Of a stretch of DNA of 64,000 nt, positions 19,745 to 29,886 are shown in pieces. The stretch's first letter is position 1; every line of letters begins with the position of its first letter. The notes beneath the pieces are model-generated. The model was not told the origin of the DNA, searched no databases, and worked only from the letters and a program-made list of their open reading frames with translations. Origin of the DNA: an uncultured Gammaproteobacteria bacterium (GTDB taxonomy: Bacteria > Patescibacteriota > Patescibacteriia > UBA9570 > JBBTWU01); NCBI GenBank assembly GCA_964364425.1, contig CAYIMB010000002.1:17436-81435 (forward strand), read 5' to 3'. Made by a program: the position numbers and the translations under genes.

Positions 19745-20092
19745 ATGAATCAAAACAAGGCTAGAACAATTCGTTTGCAACGTCGGGCACAGCGCACCCG
19801 TTCTCAAATTTTTGGCACAGCTCAGCGACCTCGCTTAAGCGTGTTTCGCTCACTCAAACACGTTTCTGTTCAACTGATTGATGATGCGGCTCAAAAAACA
19901 CTGGCCGGTGCGACGGATGAAAAAATGAAAGGAACCAAGACAGAAAAGGCGCAAGCGGTCGGTAAACAAATTGCTGAGGCGGCCAAGAAATTGAAAATCG
20001 AAACAGTGGTGTTTGACCGCGGACCATACCTGTATCATGGCCGCGTGAAGGCAGTGGCTGAAGCGGCGCGTGAACAAGGATTGAAGTTTTAG
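19745..20092 (+). CDS. rplR: 50S ribosomal protein L18
   Basis: [21 protein letters not shown]. Confidence 0.99.
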   Translation: MNQNKARTIRLQRRAQRTRSQIFGTAQRPRLSVFRSLKHVSVQLIDDAAQKTLAGATDEKMKGTKTEKAQAVGKQIAEAAKKLKIETVVFDRGPYLYHGRVKAVAEAAREQGLKF

Positions 20093-20106
20093 AACTACAT
20101 ACCAAC

Positions 20107-20754
20107 ATGAACCCAGAAGAACAAACAAAACCAGACGTAGCTCCAACAACTGCTCCAGCAGGACTTGCACCTGAAGTACCAGCTGGCCCACGCGGGGGAG
20201 CTCGGTTCGCTGATCGTGGAAATAGAGGCTCACGCGGTGGAGGTGGCGGTGGTCGCGGCGGAAGGGACGGACGCGGTGGTCGCGGTGAAAAAGTAAAAGA
20301 TGAATTTGATTCCAAAATTGTAGATTTATCCCGCGTGACCCGCGTCATGGCCGGGGGTAAACGTATGCGTTTCCGTGCCTTAGTGGTGGTAGGGGACAAG
20401 AAAGGTCGCGTAGGCATGGCCGTGTCTAAAGGTGCTGACGTGACGTTGGCCGTGAATAAATCTACAGTCAAAGCCAAAAAGAATTTGTTACGCGTTCCAA
20501 TTGTGGAAGGTACTATTCCCCACGCGGTTGAAGTGAAGTATGGCGCCGCCCAGGTCTTGCTCAAACCAGCTCCTCAAGGTACCGGAGTTATTGCCGGCGG
20601 ACCAGTTCGTGCAGTCTTGGATTTAGCCGGAATTAAAAACGTGGTGTCTAAGATGAAAGGCTCCAAGAACAAAATAGCCAACGTCAGAGCAGTCATGCAA
20701 GCCTTGTCTCAACTCCGCACCAGAGAAGAATTAGAACGAATCCGCAAATCATAA
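20107..20754 (+). CDS. rpsE: 30S ribosomal protein S5 with RG-rich N-terminal extension
   Basis: RVMAGGKRMRFRALVVVGD, GTGVIAGG. Confidence 0.99.
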   Translation: MNPEEQTKPDVAPTTAPAGLAPEVPAGPRGGARFADRGNRGSRGGGGGGRGGRDGRGGRGEKVKDEFDSKIVDLSRVTRVMAGGKRMRFRALVVVGDKKGRVGMAVSKGADVTLAVNKSTVKAKKNLLRVPIVEGTIPHAVEVKYGAAQVLLKPAPQGTGVIAGGPVRAVLDLAGIKNVVSKMKGSKNKIANVRAVMQALSQLRTREELERIRKS

Positions 20755-20758
20755 GCCT

Positions 20759-21247
20759 ATGAATTTATCTCAACTACAACGCCCCAGAGTTCCTAAACCA
20801 AGAAAGCGCGTTGGTCGTGGTGCCGGATCCGGAAAAGGCACAACTGCTGCCCGCGGAACCAAAGGACAACGTGCCCGGACTGGCGGACGCGGTGGTTTGA
20901 AATTGATGGGTTTGAAAGTGACCGTGATGAAGTTACCTAAATTGGGCGGGTTCAAATCAAGGCATCCAAAAATGCAACCGGTGAATGTTGGCTTGGTAAA
21001 CAATGCGTTCAATGAAAATGATGAAGTGACCGCACGCGCTTTACACAAACGTGGTATGATTGCTGACGCTGGAGCTAAGGTCAAATTGTTAGGTGAAGGT
21101 AAATTGACCAAAAAATTACGATTTACCGTTCACGCCGCTTCCGCCTCAGCTCAAAAAGCGGTAGCTGCAGCTGGCGGAACCATCAGCTTGATTCCAAGGA
21201 GAAAAACCGGGAACCCGACTGAAGATAGAGCTCCAAAAGAGAAATAA
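20759..21247 (+). CDS. rplO: 50S ribosomal protein L15 (rpmD absent upstream)
   Basis: RVGRGAGSGKGTTAARGTKGQRAR; only 4 nt after rpsE. Confidence 0.98.
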   Translation: MNLSQLQRPRVPKPRKRVGRGAGSGKGTTAARGTKGQRARTGGRGGLKLMGLKVTVMKLPKLGGFKSRHPKMQPVNVGLVNNAFNENDEVTARALHKRGMIADAGAKVKLLGEGKLTKKLRFTVHAASASAQKAVAAAGGTISLIPRRKTGNPTEDRAPKEK

Positions 21248-21258
21248 ATACACTCCAC

Positions 21259-22551
21259 ATGGAGGTTTGGAAATACATTAAGAAGATTTGGAACACGCCT
21301 GAGATCAGACGGAGTATTTTCTTTATTTTGGCTATGATGATTGTGGTGCGCGTGGCCGCTCACATTCCCATCCCCGGCATTGACGCTCAGGGATTATCCC
21401 AATTTTTTGAAAGTAACCAGTTTTTGGGATTGTTGAACGTATTTAGCGGGGGAGCGCTCTCCAACTTCTCCATTGTCATGTTGGGTCTGGGTCCCTACAT
21501 TACAGCCAGTATTATTTTTCAGTTGTTGGGCATGATTGTGCCTAAACTTGAAGAAATTCAAAAAGAAGGTGAGTCAGGACAAAAGCGTATTAACCAGTGG
21601 ACCCGCATGCTGACGGTACCTTTAGCCTTGCTTCAGGGGTTTGCCACCATTTCACTCTTACAACAATCTACCCAAGGCTTCAGCTTAGTACCTCAGCTGG
21701 ACATTTGGCACTGGGTAGTGGCGTTAGCCAGCGTGACAGCCGGCAGCATGTTCATGATGTGGCTGGGTGAGCTGATTACAGAGCGTAACTTGGGTAATGG
21801 CGTCAGCTTGTTGATTTTTGCCGGTATCATTGCAGAGTTGCCCACCAGTATCCAACAGTTCGTGGCCACGTATGATTCCAGCCAACTCCCTGTGATCATT
21901 GGCATTTTTGCGGTATCTATTGTGACCATTGCCGGTGTGGTATTTGTGACTGAAGCACAGAGAAAGATTCCGGTGTCCTATGCCAGACAAATGAGAGCCG
22001 GCGCGGCAACTGGCGGAGTAAAGTCGCACTTGCCGCTCAGGGTCAACCAGGCCGGCGTGATTCCTATCATCTTTGCTATTTCATTTGTGATTTTTCCGCC
22101 GCTGATAGCCCAATTTTTACAAGGCTACAACATTGCTTGGCTGAATCCAAGCTTGAATTTTATTATTGTTTGGTTCAACAACAACTGGGTCTACGGAGTT
22201 ATCTATTTTGTGTTAGTGGTTATTTTTACTTACTTTTATACGGCCGTGATTTTTAAACCAGATCAAGTAGCGGAAAACTTGCAAAAGAACGGTGCTTTTG
22301 TTCCAGGAATCCGTCCAGGTAAGCCAACCTCAGAATACCTACAGTTTGTATCCAGCCGTATTTTGTTAGCCGGCGCTTTGTTTTTGGGGGCTATTGCTGT
22401 GCTCCCCTTGGCCGTGCAAGGTGCTCTGGGTGGGAGCTTCCAATCCCTAGCCATTGGCGGAACCAGTTTGCTGATTGTGGTGTCTGTGGCTTTGGAAACT
22501 GTCAAACAAATTGAAGCGCAATTATCTGTGCGCGACTACGATAATTTGTAA
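21259..22551 (+). CDS. secY: Preprotein translocase SecY
   Basis: LGLGPYITASII, GNGVSLLIF, PGIRPG, GGTSLLIVV. Confidence 0.99.
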   Translation: MEVWKYIKKIWNTPEIRRSIFFILAMMIVVRVAAHIPIPGIDAQGLSQFFESNQFLGLLNVFSGGALSNFSIVMLGLGPYITASIIFQLLGMIVPKLEEIQKEGESGQKRINQWTRMLTVPLALLQGFATISLLQQSTQGFSLVPQLDIWHWVVALASVTAGSMFMMWLGELITERNLGNGVSLLIFAGIIAELPTSIQQFVATYDSSQLPVIIGIFAVSIVTIAGVVFVTEAQRKIPVSYARQMRAGAATGGVKSHLPLRVNQAGVIPIIFAISFVIFPPLIAQFLQGYNIAWLNPSLNFIIVWFNNNWVYGVIYFVLVVIFTYFYTAVIFKPDQVAENLQKNGAFVPGIRPGKPTSEYLQFVSSRILLAGALFLGAIAVLPLAVQGALGGSFQSLAIGGTSLLIVVSVALETVKQIEAQLSVRDYDNL

Positions 22552-22554
22552 TCC

Positions 22555-23205
22555 ATGTACAAGATTGCGTTGTTTGGTCCACAGGGCTCAGGCAAGGGAA
22601 CACAAGCTGAATTGCTGGCAGAAAAATATGGCCTGTTCCACTTTAGTCCGGGGGCACAGTACCGGACAGAAATCAAGGCCGGTAGTGCAATAGGGGAAAT
22701 TGCTGATCAGTATATAAACCGGGGCAACCTTGTTCCAGATGAAATCACCAACCAGTTGGTGGCGGATGTATTAAAACGTCCAGAAGCCCAAACAGGTTTC
22801 ATCTTGGATGGGTTCCCAAGAAACCTAGTGCAAGCAGACGCCTTGGATCAGATGAGTGAGCTCAGTCATGTGTTGTTAATTCATATACCTGAGGCAGAAT
22901 CTATTGAACGTATTTCAAACCGCCGCTCATGCCCGGTGGATGGTTCAACCTACCATTTAACATATAAACCTCCGGCCCAAGCCGCTCAGTGTGATCAATG
23001 CGGGACAGCCTTGGTGCAGCGCGAGGATGACTACCCAGAGTCAATCAAAAAACGGCTGTCCATTTACCGCGAGCAAACGTATCCGGTGTTAGAGCGCTAC
23101 AAACAACGTGGAATTTTTTTCCAGGTAGATGGACTACCCTCTATTCCTGAGGTCTTTGCCCAAGTCCAACAGATATTGACAGGAGAAAAGCACCAGGTAG
23201 CATAG
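22555..23205 (+). CDS. adk: Adenylate kinase
   Basis: GPQGSGKGTQA, LDGFPR, LID domain. Confidence 0.95.
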   Translation: MYKIALFGPQGSGKGTQAELLAEKYGLFHFSPGAQYRTEIKAGSAIGEIADQYINRGNLVPDEITNQLVADVLKRPEAQTGFILDGFPRNLVQADALDQMSELSHVLLIHIPEAESIERISNRRSCPVDGSTYHLTYKPPAQAAQCDQCGTALVQREDDYPESIKKRLSIYREQTYPVLERYKQRGIFFQVDGLPSIPEVFAQVQQILTGEKHQVA

Positions 23206-23244
23206 GACTTCCCAGAATCTAACCCCTTTGGTATTGTAAAATCC

Positions 23245-23991
23245 ATGTCACTGGTGACCAAACCGAAAGATCTTGAAGCGCTCAAAAAGAGTGGACGAAT
23301 CTTGGCGCAAACCTTGCAAGCAGTAGCTCCATTAGTGGTTCCTGGTGTGACAACCTTGGAGTTAGATAAGGCTGTTGCCAAAATGATTAAGCAGGCCAAA
23401 GCCAAGCCGGCTTTTTTAGGCTATCAAGGTTATCCCAAGGTATTGTGTGCTTCTGTGAATGATGAGGTAGTGCATACCATCCCGTCAGACCGAGTGTTGA
23501 AAGAAGGGGATATCATAGGTTTAGATTTAGGCGTCAGTGTGGACGGAATGATCACTGATGCGGCTATCACGGTGATGGTGGGGAAAGTGAAACCAGAAGT
23601 GCAACGGTTGGTTGAGATGACAAAAATCAGTTTGGACAAGGGGATTGAAATGATTCGTCCGGACAACAGGATTGGTGATATCTCTCATGCCATTGAACAA
23701 ACCCTGGCGCCGTTTGGATACGGGATAGTCCATGCTTTAGTGGGACACGGCGTAGGGTACGCTTTACATGAAGACCCACGTATTCCAAATTATGGGCGGG
23801 CCGGAACCGGACTAAGCTTGAAACCCGGAATGGTGTTGGCGGTTGAACCCATGATTAACTTGGGTGAACCAGATGTTTTATTTGGAGATGACGGTTGGCG
23901 CGTGACCACGGCGGACGGTTCCTGGTCGGCTCATTTTGAACATACTATTTTAGTTACACAGAACGGACATGAAGTCCTTACCCGCATCTAA
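23245..23991 (+). CDS. map: Methionine aminopeptidase type I
   Basis: SVNDEVVH, GHGVG, EPM, SAHFEHT. Confidence 0.97.
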   Translation: MSLVTKPKDLEALKKSGRILAQTLQAVAPLVVPGVTTLELDKAVAKMIKQAKAKPAFLGYQGYPKVLCASVNDEVVHTIPSDRVLKEGDIIGLDLGVSVDGMITDAAITVMVGKVKPEVQRLVEMTKISLDKGIEMIRPDNRIGDISHAIEQTLAPFGYGIVHALVGHGVGYALHEDPRIPNYGRAGTGLSLKPGMVLAVEPMINLGEPDVLFGDDGWRVTTADGSWSAHFEHTILVTQNGHEVLTRI

Positions 23992-23993
23992 CT

Positions 23994-24404
23994 ATGAAAA
24001 TATTAGCCATTGATTACGGTGAACAACGCTTAGGGTTAGCTGTCAGTGATGATAACCACACCATGGCCATGTCTAAAGGACTGCTGGAGGGCTTAAGTCA
24101 AACTAAGATCATTCAGAAAATTAAAGCCATAGTGAATTTGGAAAAAGTAGGCTTGCTTGTGGTGGGATTGCCCATTGGTATGGATAACCAGCCCACAGCT
24201 TGGACAGAAGAGGTCAAACGGTTTGCTGAAAAACTCCGTAGTCATCTAACTATTCCGGTCCAAATGGTGGATGAACGTCTGACTACCCAAATGGCCAAGA
24301 CGCTGCTGGCTGGTACGGGACAGACGAAACAAAAGAAAGACCAAGTGGCCGCACAGATTTTTTTGCAAGATTACTTGGATCAACAACGCAACGCTAAGAC
24401 ATAA
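23994..24404 (+). CDS. ruvX: YqgF/RuvX pre-16S rRNA nuclease
   Basis: LAIDYGEQRLGLA, VGLP, DERLTT. Confidence 0.93.
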   Translation: MKILAIDYGEQRLGLAVSDDNHTMAMSKGLLEGLSQTKIIQKIKAIVNLEKVGLLVVGLPIGMDNQPTAWTEEVKRFAEKLRSHLTIPVQMVDERLTTQMAKTLLAGTGQTKQKKDQVAAQIFLQDYLDQQRNAKT

Positions 24405-24406
24405 TT

Positions 24407-25507
24407 ATGAGCACGGCCTTTGTCTGGTTCCCACAACTGGCCGTTCTGACTCTGATCAGCTCAGCTGTATTGAGTTGGGCTTTGGCCGGACTGATTCGCC
24501 GTCTGGCCTTACGTCAGGGCTTTGTTGACCATCCAGAAGCAGCTCCTCAGCGCAAAGTTCACACCGCGCCGGTGCCGCTACTTGGCGGGTTAGCGCTGTT
24601 TGGCGGGTTTGCCCTGACCAGTGTATTTTTGTGGAATGTGTTAACCGCTGGGTACTTATTGCCCAAGCATTTACTCGGATTATTGTTGGCTGGAGCAGTC
24701 TTGATGATTGGCGGAGCTTGGGATGATATCAAAAACTTAAAACCGTCTCGGCAAATTTTGTTCCCTCTGCTCGCTTGTGTAATTGTAGTCGCTTCGGGGG
24801 TCGATATTCACGAGATCACCAACCCATTTGGGGATACTCTTTCACTGGAGACCATTTCCTGGATCATCTTTACTTGGCAGGACATCCCCTACCGTTTGGT
24901 CCTGTGGGCTGACCTGTTTGGTATCCTGTGGCTGCTTGCCACCACTTATGCCACCAAGTTTTTAGATGGCTTAGACGGCTTAGTTGCCGGCGTCACCGCC
25001 ATTGGAGCCAGTGCCATAGCTGTGTTGTCTTACCGGGCACCGGTTCTTCAACCGGAGACTGCTTTAGTCGCACTGTGTTTAGCTGGGGCAGCTGTAGGAT
25101 TTTTAATCTGGAACCGTCATCCGGCCAAAATATTTTTAGGCGAAAGTGGCAGTTTATTTTGCGGTTTTGCTCTGGGAGTTCTGGCCATTATCTCTGGAGG
25201 GAAAATAGCCATTGCTTTACTGGTGTTGGGTGTCCCACTGCTTGACGCGGCCTGGGTGATTTTTAAACGTCTCCGGTCCGGACACTCCCCGTTTGTAGGG
25301 GATAGTGAACACCTGCATCAACGTTTATTTAAACTGGGACTGACCCAACGCCAAGTGGCTTGGATACTCTACCTAGTTACTGCTGGTTTTGGATATGTGG
25401 GGTTATTTTTACAGGGCAAAGAAAAAGTTTGGGCTTTGGCAGTGCTTCTGCTTGTCCTCTTGCTGTTAGGTTGGATTGCTTTCAGATGGCAGCAAAAAAA
25501 AGTATGA
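24407..25507 (+). CDS. Glycosyltransferase family 4 (WecA/TagO/MraY-like)
   Basis: PLLGG, WDD, DGLDGL, PAKIFLGESGS, HLHQRL. Confidence 0.92.
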   Translation: MSTAFVWFPQLAVLTLISSAVLSWALAGLIRRLALRQGFVDHPEAAPQRKVHTAPVPLLGGLALFGGFALTSVFLWNVLTAGYLLPKHLLGLLLAGAVLMIGGAWDDIKNLKPSRQILFPLLACVIVVASGVDIHEITNPFGDTLSLETISWIIFTWQDIPYRLVLWADLFGILWLLATTYATKFLDGLDGLVAGVTAIGASAIAVLSYRAPVLQPETALVALCLAGAAVGFLIWNRHPAKIFLGESGSLFCGFALGVLAIISGGKIAIALLVLGVPLLDAAWVIFKRLRSGHSPFVGDSEHLHQRLFKLGLTQRQVAWILYLVTAGFGYVGLFLQGKEKVWALAVLLLVLLLLGWIAFRWQQKKV

Positions 25508-25992
25508 AATGGCTGAAGCAGATTTCAGCCTGGCAGGTCGTTTTGGCGGCCAGCATGACGCTGGCGGTTGCCGCCACTATTTTTTTTTCAGCGCTGTGGG
25601 GGCCAGTAGATTTTGAGACGGGAACCATCACGTTTCCGGACGGATCAGTGGTGCCGGTTGAGGTGGCGGATAGTCCGGCTGAACAACGTCAGGGGTTGAT
25701 GAACCGTGAGCACATGGACCCGGAGAGCGGAATGTTGTTTGTGTTTTCAACCCCGGGCATATATGTATTTTGGATGAAGAATACGCAAGTAGATTTAGAT
25801 TTTATTTGGCTGTCTCAGGGCCGGGTGGTGGATCTCAGAATTCAAGTTCCGGCTGGCGCGGGGCTGCCCAGTGACCAGATTGCCCGCATTCAACCGTCAG
25901 TCACTGTGGATGCCGTGTTAGAAGTGCCCGCAGGCTTTGTAGACAGGCACCAGATTCAAATGGGCGACCAACTGGTCTACCATCTGCCCTAA
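25504..25992 (+). CDS. DUF192 family protein
   Basis: Start at MKWL; EVAD..QGLM.R, GMLFVF, FWMKNT, VLEVPAG. Confidence 0.9.
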   Translation: MKWLKQISAWQVVLAASMTLAVAATIFFSALWGPVDFETGTITFPDGSVVPVEVADSPAEQRQGLMNREHMDPESGMLFVFSTPGIYVFWMKNTQVDLDFIWLSQGRVVDLRIQVPAGAGLPSDQIARIQPSVTVDAVLEVPAGFVDRHQIQMGDQLVYHLP

Positions 25993-26010
25993 ATGTGCTA
26001 TTCTGCAAGC

Positions 26011-26441
26011 ATGAAACGACTGGCGAGTGCCTTTTCCCTTGGCTCGTTTGTCCTGGCGGGTTGTACCCCCAGCAGTTTTGTCTCGGTTCAAAGTCCAGAA
26101 GCGGAATGGGTGTTGCAAACTCCTGACCTTTCCGCTACATTCTGGGAAGACCAGGGGAGCTGACGTTAAACGGGGGAGGTGCTGCGCCGTTGCAAATCGT
26201 TTTAGACACGCCAAACGGAGATTTGAATCTCATGCAGTCAGGGGGAGGCAACAGCTACGTGTCTACTATTCCGAACCAATTTTTAGGAATCCAATTTGAT
26301 CCAGTGGCCCAAGCAACCGTAGTGTTTTCTGGCACGGCCCAAACTTGGGGCCTGTTTCAAACTTCCATGTTTGGCCATCTGATGATGCAGGGGAGTAACG
26401 GTTGCGGTCTGTCTGTCCCGTTTACCTTAACTCATGTGTAG
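26011..26441 (+). pseudogene. Frameshifted lipoprotein gene
   Basis: MKRLASAFSLGSFVLAGC ORF stops at 26161-63; the -1 frame is open from 26127 to 26441. Confidence 0.6.
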
Positions 26442-26488
26442 CCCAAAAGCTTGACGAAAACAGCCTATTCTTTTAAGCTTCGGCCACT

Positions 26489-26797
26489 ATGATTGCTATT
26501 ATAAAAACCGGCGGGAAGCAGTATCTCGTCAAACCAAACCAGACCATCCAGATTGAAAAGATCCCGGGTAAAGAAGGGGAGGCTGTTGAATTTGAAGCGT
26601 TGTTGGTGGCAGAAGATGACGGGAAATCTGTAGAGATTGGCGCCCCCAGCGTGAAGGGAAAGAAGGTCAAAGGCAAAATCACTTCTCAGGGATTAGCTAA
26701 AAAAGTAGACGTGATCAAGTTCAAATCTAAAATTCGATATTCACGTAAATACGGACACCGTCAACCATTTACCAATGTTCTGATTGAATCCATTTAA
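26489..26797 (+). CDS. rplU: 50S ribosomal protein L21
   Basis: IIKTGGKQY, GHRQPFT. Confidence 0.98.
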   Translation: MIAIIKTGGKQYLVKPNQTIQIEKIPGKEGEAVEFEALLVAEDDGKSVEIGAPSVKGKKVKGKITSQGLAKKVDVIKFKSKIRYSRKYGHRQPFTNVLIESI

Positions 26798-26849
26798 GGT
26801 TCGGGGTGGTGGTCGACCACCATCCCTCACCTTCATTGTTTAACAAATC

Positions 26850-26877
26850 AAAACACCGGCCAAGCGCCGGTGTTTTT
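26850..26877. terminator. Bidirectional terminator between rplU and recR
   Basis: AAAACACCGGC-CAAGC-GCCGGTGTTTT. Confidence 0.75.
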
Positions 26878-26893
26878 GTGTCTCGGGAATAAA

Positions 26894-27496
26894 TTATTTT
26901 ATGTTGGTCCGGCCTTTGAGGGCGTTACTTAAGGTGACACTGTCCGCATACTCCACATCTCCACCCATGGGTAGTCCGCGGGCTATGCGAGTGATATGTA
27001 TTGGTACGCTACTCAAGGCTTGGGTGATAATCATGGCGGTGGTTTCACCCTCAACATCAGGATTAGTAGCCAAGATGACTTCTTTGACCACTCCGTCACT
27101 TGCTCTACGCACTAATTCTTCAATCCTTAATTCACTTGGTCCCACACCTTCAATCTGGTTCACTACGCCACCTAAGACGTGGTACAAGCCACTGTATTCA
27201 CCAGTTTGTTCTATAGCCCAAACCTCCGGCGCTTCAGCTGCCACACAAACCAAAGCCTGATCACGTCTAGGGTCAGAACAAATTCCGCACACGGCCGACT
27301 CACTAAAGTTATAACAACGGGAACACACCTGTACGGTATCCCTCAGTTGGCTGAAGCCTTGCATAAATTCAGTCATGATCTCTTTGGGTTGTTTGAGTAG
27401 CCAAAACACAAATCGTTCGCTGGTTTTGGTTCCAATTCCAGGTAAGCGATTAAATTGTTCCACCATCTGCTGTAAGCTGGCTGGGAATTTGGCCAT
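26894..27496 (-). CDS. recR: Recombination protein RecR
   Basis: LPGIG, C4 zinc finger, YHVLGG, EGETTA, RIARGLPMGG. Confidence 0.97.
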   Translation of the reverse strand: MAKFPASLQQMVEQFNRLPGIGTKTSERFVFWLLKQPKEIMTEFMQGFSQLRDTVQVCSRCYNFSESAVCGICSDPRRDQALVCVAAEAPEVWAIEQTGEYSGLYHVLGGVVNQIEGVGPSELRIEELVRRASDGVVKEVILATNPDVEGETTAMIITQALSSVPIHITRIARGLPMGGDVEYADSVTLSNALKGRTNIK

Positions 27497-27504
27497 ACGC
27501 GAGG

Positions 27505-27810
27505 TTATTTTTTGCCCGGAAAATCCGGAACTTGAATTTCACCCTTTTGGATTTTTTGGGCCACTGATCTCTGCACTTTTTTCACACCTTCGCCCACTGC
27601 TTCTTTGATGGATTCTTCCAACTTTTGCTTGTTCTCCGGTTTCAAAACGTCCGCCTTTATATCCAAGGCCATAACGGCTTGGTTGCCGTCCATAATCATG
27701 GACACGTTCCCGCCCCAGGTTTCCACGTGGAAGGTTTCCGCGGATAGTTGTGTTTGCAGCTTTTTTGCTGAATCCCGCAAATCTTTGTACTGTTTGAGTT
27801 TTTGAAACAT
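27505..27810 (-). CDS. YbaB/EbfC nucleoid-associated protein
   Basis: 101 aa, GG.V.....GNQ pattern, directly upstream of recR. Confidence 0.88.
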   Translation of the reverse strand: MFQKLKQYKDLRDSAKKLQTQLSAETFHVETWGGNVSMIMDGNQAVMALDIKADVLKPENKQKLEESIKEAVGEGVKKVQRSVAQKIQKGEIQVPDFPGKK

Positions 27811-27871
27811 AACATTAATAAAGGATTACCCACTCACCTTACTCAAGTCGGACCGTTTTTGCAAATCCGAC

Positions 27872-29263
27872 TTACCCCTGACCCATCCCTGCGCTGGCAA
27901 AGGCCGGCGGAGGTAGAATACTAGAGTGTTTTTTATCCAAGTTGCGGAAGGAGGCCTTTTCAATATCAAAAAACATTTCCACTTGCCCGGTTGGACCGTT
28001 TCTGTGTTTGGCAATCAGAATATCTGAAATACCTTTACGCTCAGAATCTTTTTTATAGTACTCCTCACGGTAAATGAATAGAACTAAGTCAGAATCTTGC
28101 TCAATGCTGCCACTTTCGCGTAAGTGACTCAAACGCGGAATGGGAGGTTGTTGCATTTCCACCGCGCGGGAGAGCTGAGACAGGGCTAAGACCGGAATGT
28201 TCAACTCACGAGCCAAGCCTTTGAGCGAACGGGAGATCTCAGAAATTTCCTGCACCCGGTTGTCTGAGTTAGAAGAACGTCCTTCCATTAATTGCAAGTA
28301 GTCTAGAATCAAGAGACTCAAGCCGTGCTCCATCTGTAAACGCCGCGCCTTGGTCCTGATTTCCATAATGTTGGCGGACGGAGAGTCATCAATATAAATA
28401 GGTGCTTCAGCCAGTTGCCCCATGGCGTGACCAATACTGGTGAAGTCATGGTCGTTGGTGAGTTTCCCTGTGCGCATTTTCCATAAGTCTACATTGGCTT
28501 CTGCGCAGAGCAGACGGTCAACCAATTGATCTTTAGACATTTCTAAGCTGATAATGCCCACCGGATGTTTACTTTTGACCGCTACGTTACGGGCAATATC
28601 CAGAGCTAAGGACGTTTTACCCATGGAAGGACGTGCAGCCAAAATGATCAAATCTGATTTTTGTAATCCCCCTAGCTTATTATCCAAATCAGTGAAGCCA
28701 GTTGGAATGCCGCGCAGCTTGCCAGACTCCCGGTGCAATTCGTCTATGCGGTCAAAGGCCGCAGTCATAATGTCCTGCACTGGAACAAAGTTTTGTTTTA
28801 AGTAGGTGTGTGACACGGAGTACAGAGCTTTCTCTGCCCGGTCTAAACTGGTGGTTAAATCTTCATCCTCGTTATAGCCCTCGCGCACAATATCTTGTCC
28901 CGCCACAATTAAGCGCCGTAAGGTAGATTTCTTTTTTACAATCTCCGCATAGGACACAATGTTAGACGCCGTAGGGACGGTGTTGGCTAAAGACACCAAA
29001 TATGACCGGCCGCCAATCTGATCCAGCTGTCCTTTTTCTATCAAGCGGTTGGCTAGGGAGAGAATATCGATTGGCTCATGCTGGGCATACAAATCTAATA
29101 CGGACTCAAAAATCAACTGATGCTTGTTGACATAAAAATCATCAGCCTTCACTACATCTGCAATTTTAATCAAAGCATCCTTGTTAATGAGTAAACTGCC
29201 CAAAGTAGCCTGCTCAGCTTCTATGTTATGTGGGGGAATAACGCCTTTCGGGAGGGTGTCCAT
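27872..29263 (-). CDS. dnaB: Replicative DNA helicase
   Basis: PPHNIEAEQ, ARPSMGKT, DYLQL, LRESGSIEQD, KHRNGPTG. Confidence 0.99.
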   Translation of the reverse strand: MDTLPKGVIPPHNIEAEQATLGSLLINKDALIKIADVVKADDFYVNKHQLIFESVLDLYAQHEPIDILSLANRLIEKGQLDQIGGRSYLVSLANTVPTASNIVSYAEIVKKKSTLRRLIVAGQDIVREGYNEDEDLTTSLDRAEKALYSVSHTYLKQNFVPVQDIMTAAFDRIDELHRESGKLRGIPTGFTDLDNKLGGLQKSDLIILAARPSMGKTSLALDIARNVAVKSKHPVGIISLEMSKDQLVDRLLCAEANVDLWKMRTGKLTNDHDFTSIGHAMGQLAEAPIYIDDSPSANIMEIRTKARRLQMEHGLSLLILDYLQLMEGRSSNSDNRVQEISEISRSLKGLARELNIPVLALSQLSRAVEMQQPPIPRLSHLRESGSIEQDSDLVLFIYREEYYKKDSERKGISDILIAKHRNGPTGQVEMFFDIEKASFRNLDKKHSSILPPPAFASAGMGQG

Positions 29264-29395
29264 AGTCCGAGTATTTTACGCTGCTCCGCTGAAATTTGAT
29301 ATATCGATTTGCCCACAGGTTTTCCACCCCGGCAAAGTGATTGACAGTCCCACTTAAAATCGGTATGTTATTTTCGTTTTCCACGCTACCTCAAC

Positions 29396-29468
29396 GGGGC
29401 GGTAGCTCAGTCGGTAGAGCAGCAGCCTTTTAAGCTGATGGTCACAGGTTCGATCCCTGTCCGCCCCA
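29396..29468 (+). tRNA. tRNA-Lys(TTT)
   Basis: GGGGCGG/CCGCCCC acceptor stem, loop CTTTTAA, T-loop TTCGATC; CCA not encoded. Confidence 0.95.
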
Positions 29469-29469
29469 C

Positions 29470-29787
29470 ATGCTGAGTCTTTCAAATGGTTTGCTTGGAC
29501 TTCACCTGTTAGGGGCTGCCATCAGCTTTGGTCTGGTGCTTGGTGCCGGAGTTGCCTTAGTGCGCAGAGCAACCCAGCAGTATTTGTTTTGGATCCGCTC
29601 CATTGCCTTGGCCGCTGTATATCAGATAGTCACTGGAGTGGGATTGGCTTTGCTCATGGCGTTCCAAACCTCTGTACTTTCTGTCTGCGTTAGGCTGGCG
29701 GTTTATCTGGTTATAGTCTGCGGCGTTGAAACAGTTTTGGTGTACCGTTTGAAAAAAACGGAAGTCATTATACGACCTCGTACGTAG
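29470..29787 (+). CDS. Small membrane protein
   Basis: Three hydrophobic segments; starts immediately after tRNA-Lys. Confidence 0.65.
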   Translation: MLSLSNGLLGLHLLGAAISFGLVLGAGVALVRRATQQYLFWIRSIALAAVYQIVTGVGLALLMAFQTSVLSVCVRLAVYLVIVCGVETVLVYRLKKTEVIIRPRT

Positions 29788-29886
29788 ACGTCCGCACCTT
29801 AGCCCATTTAGACCAGGAAAGTAAAAAGTCCCAGGTAGATTAATTTACACCTTGAATCCGACCAAAACGCATGGTACAGTCCAGCT

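Noticed and set aside
26161-26163. TGA readthrough (genetic code 25)
   Set aside because: The continuation is in another frame, conserved genes have no in-frame TGA, and TGA terminates genes such as scpA and the P-type ATPase.
27872-29263. Intein or intron in dnaB or in the tRNAs
   Set aside because: DnaB is normal length (463 aa) with contiguous motifs, and both tRNAs fold without insertions.
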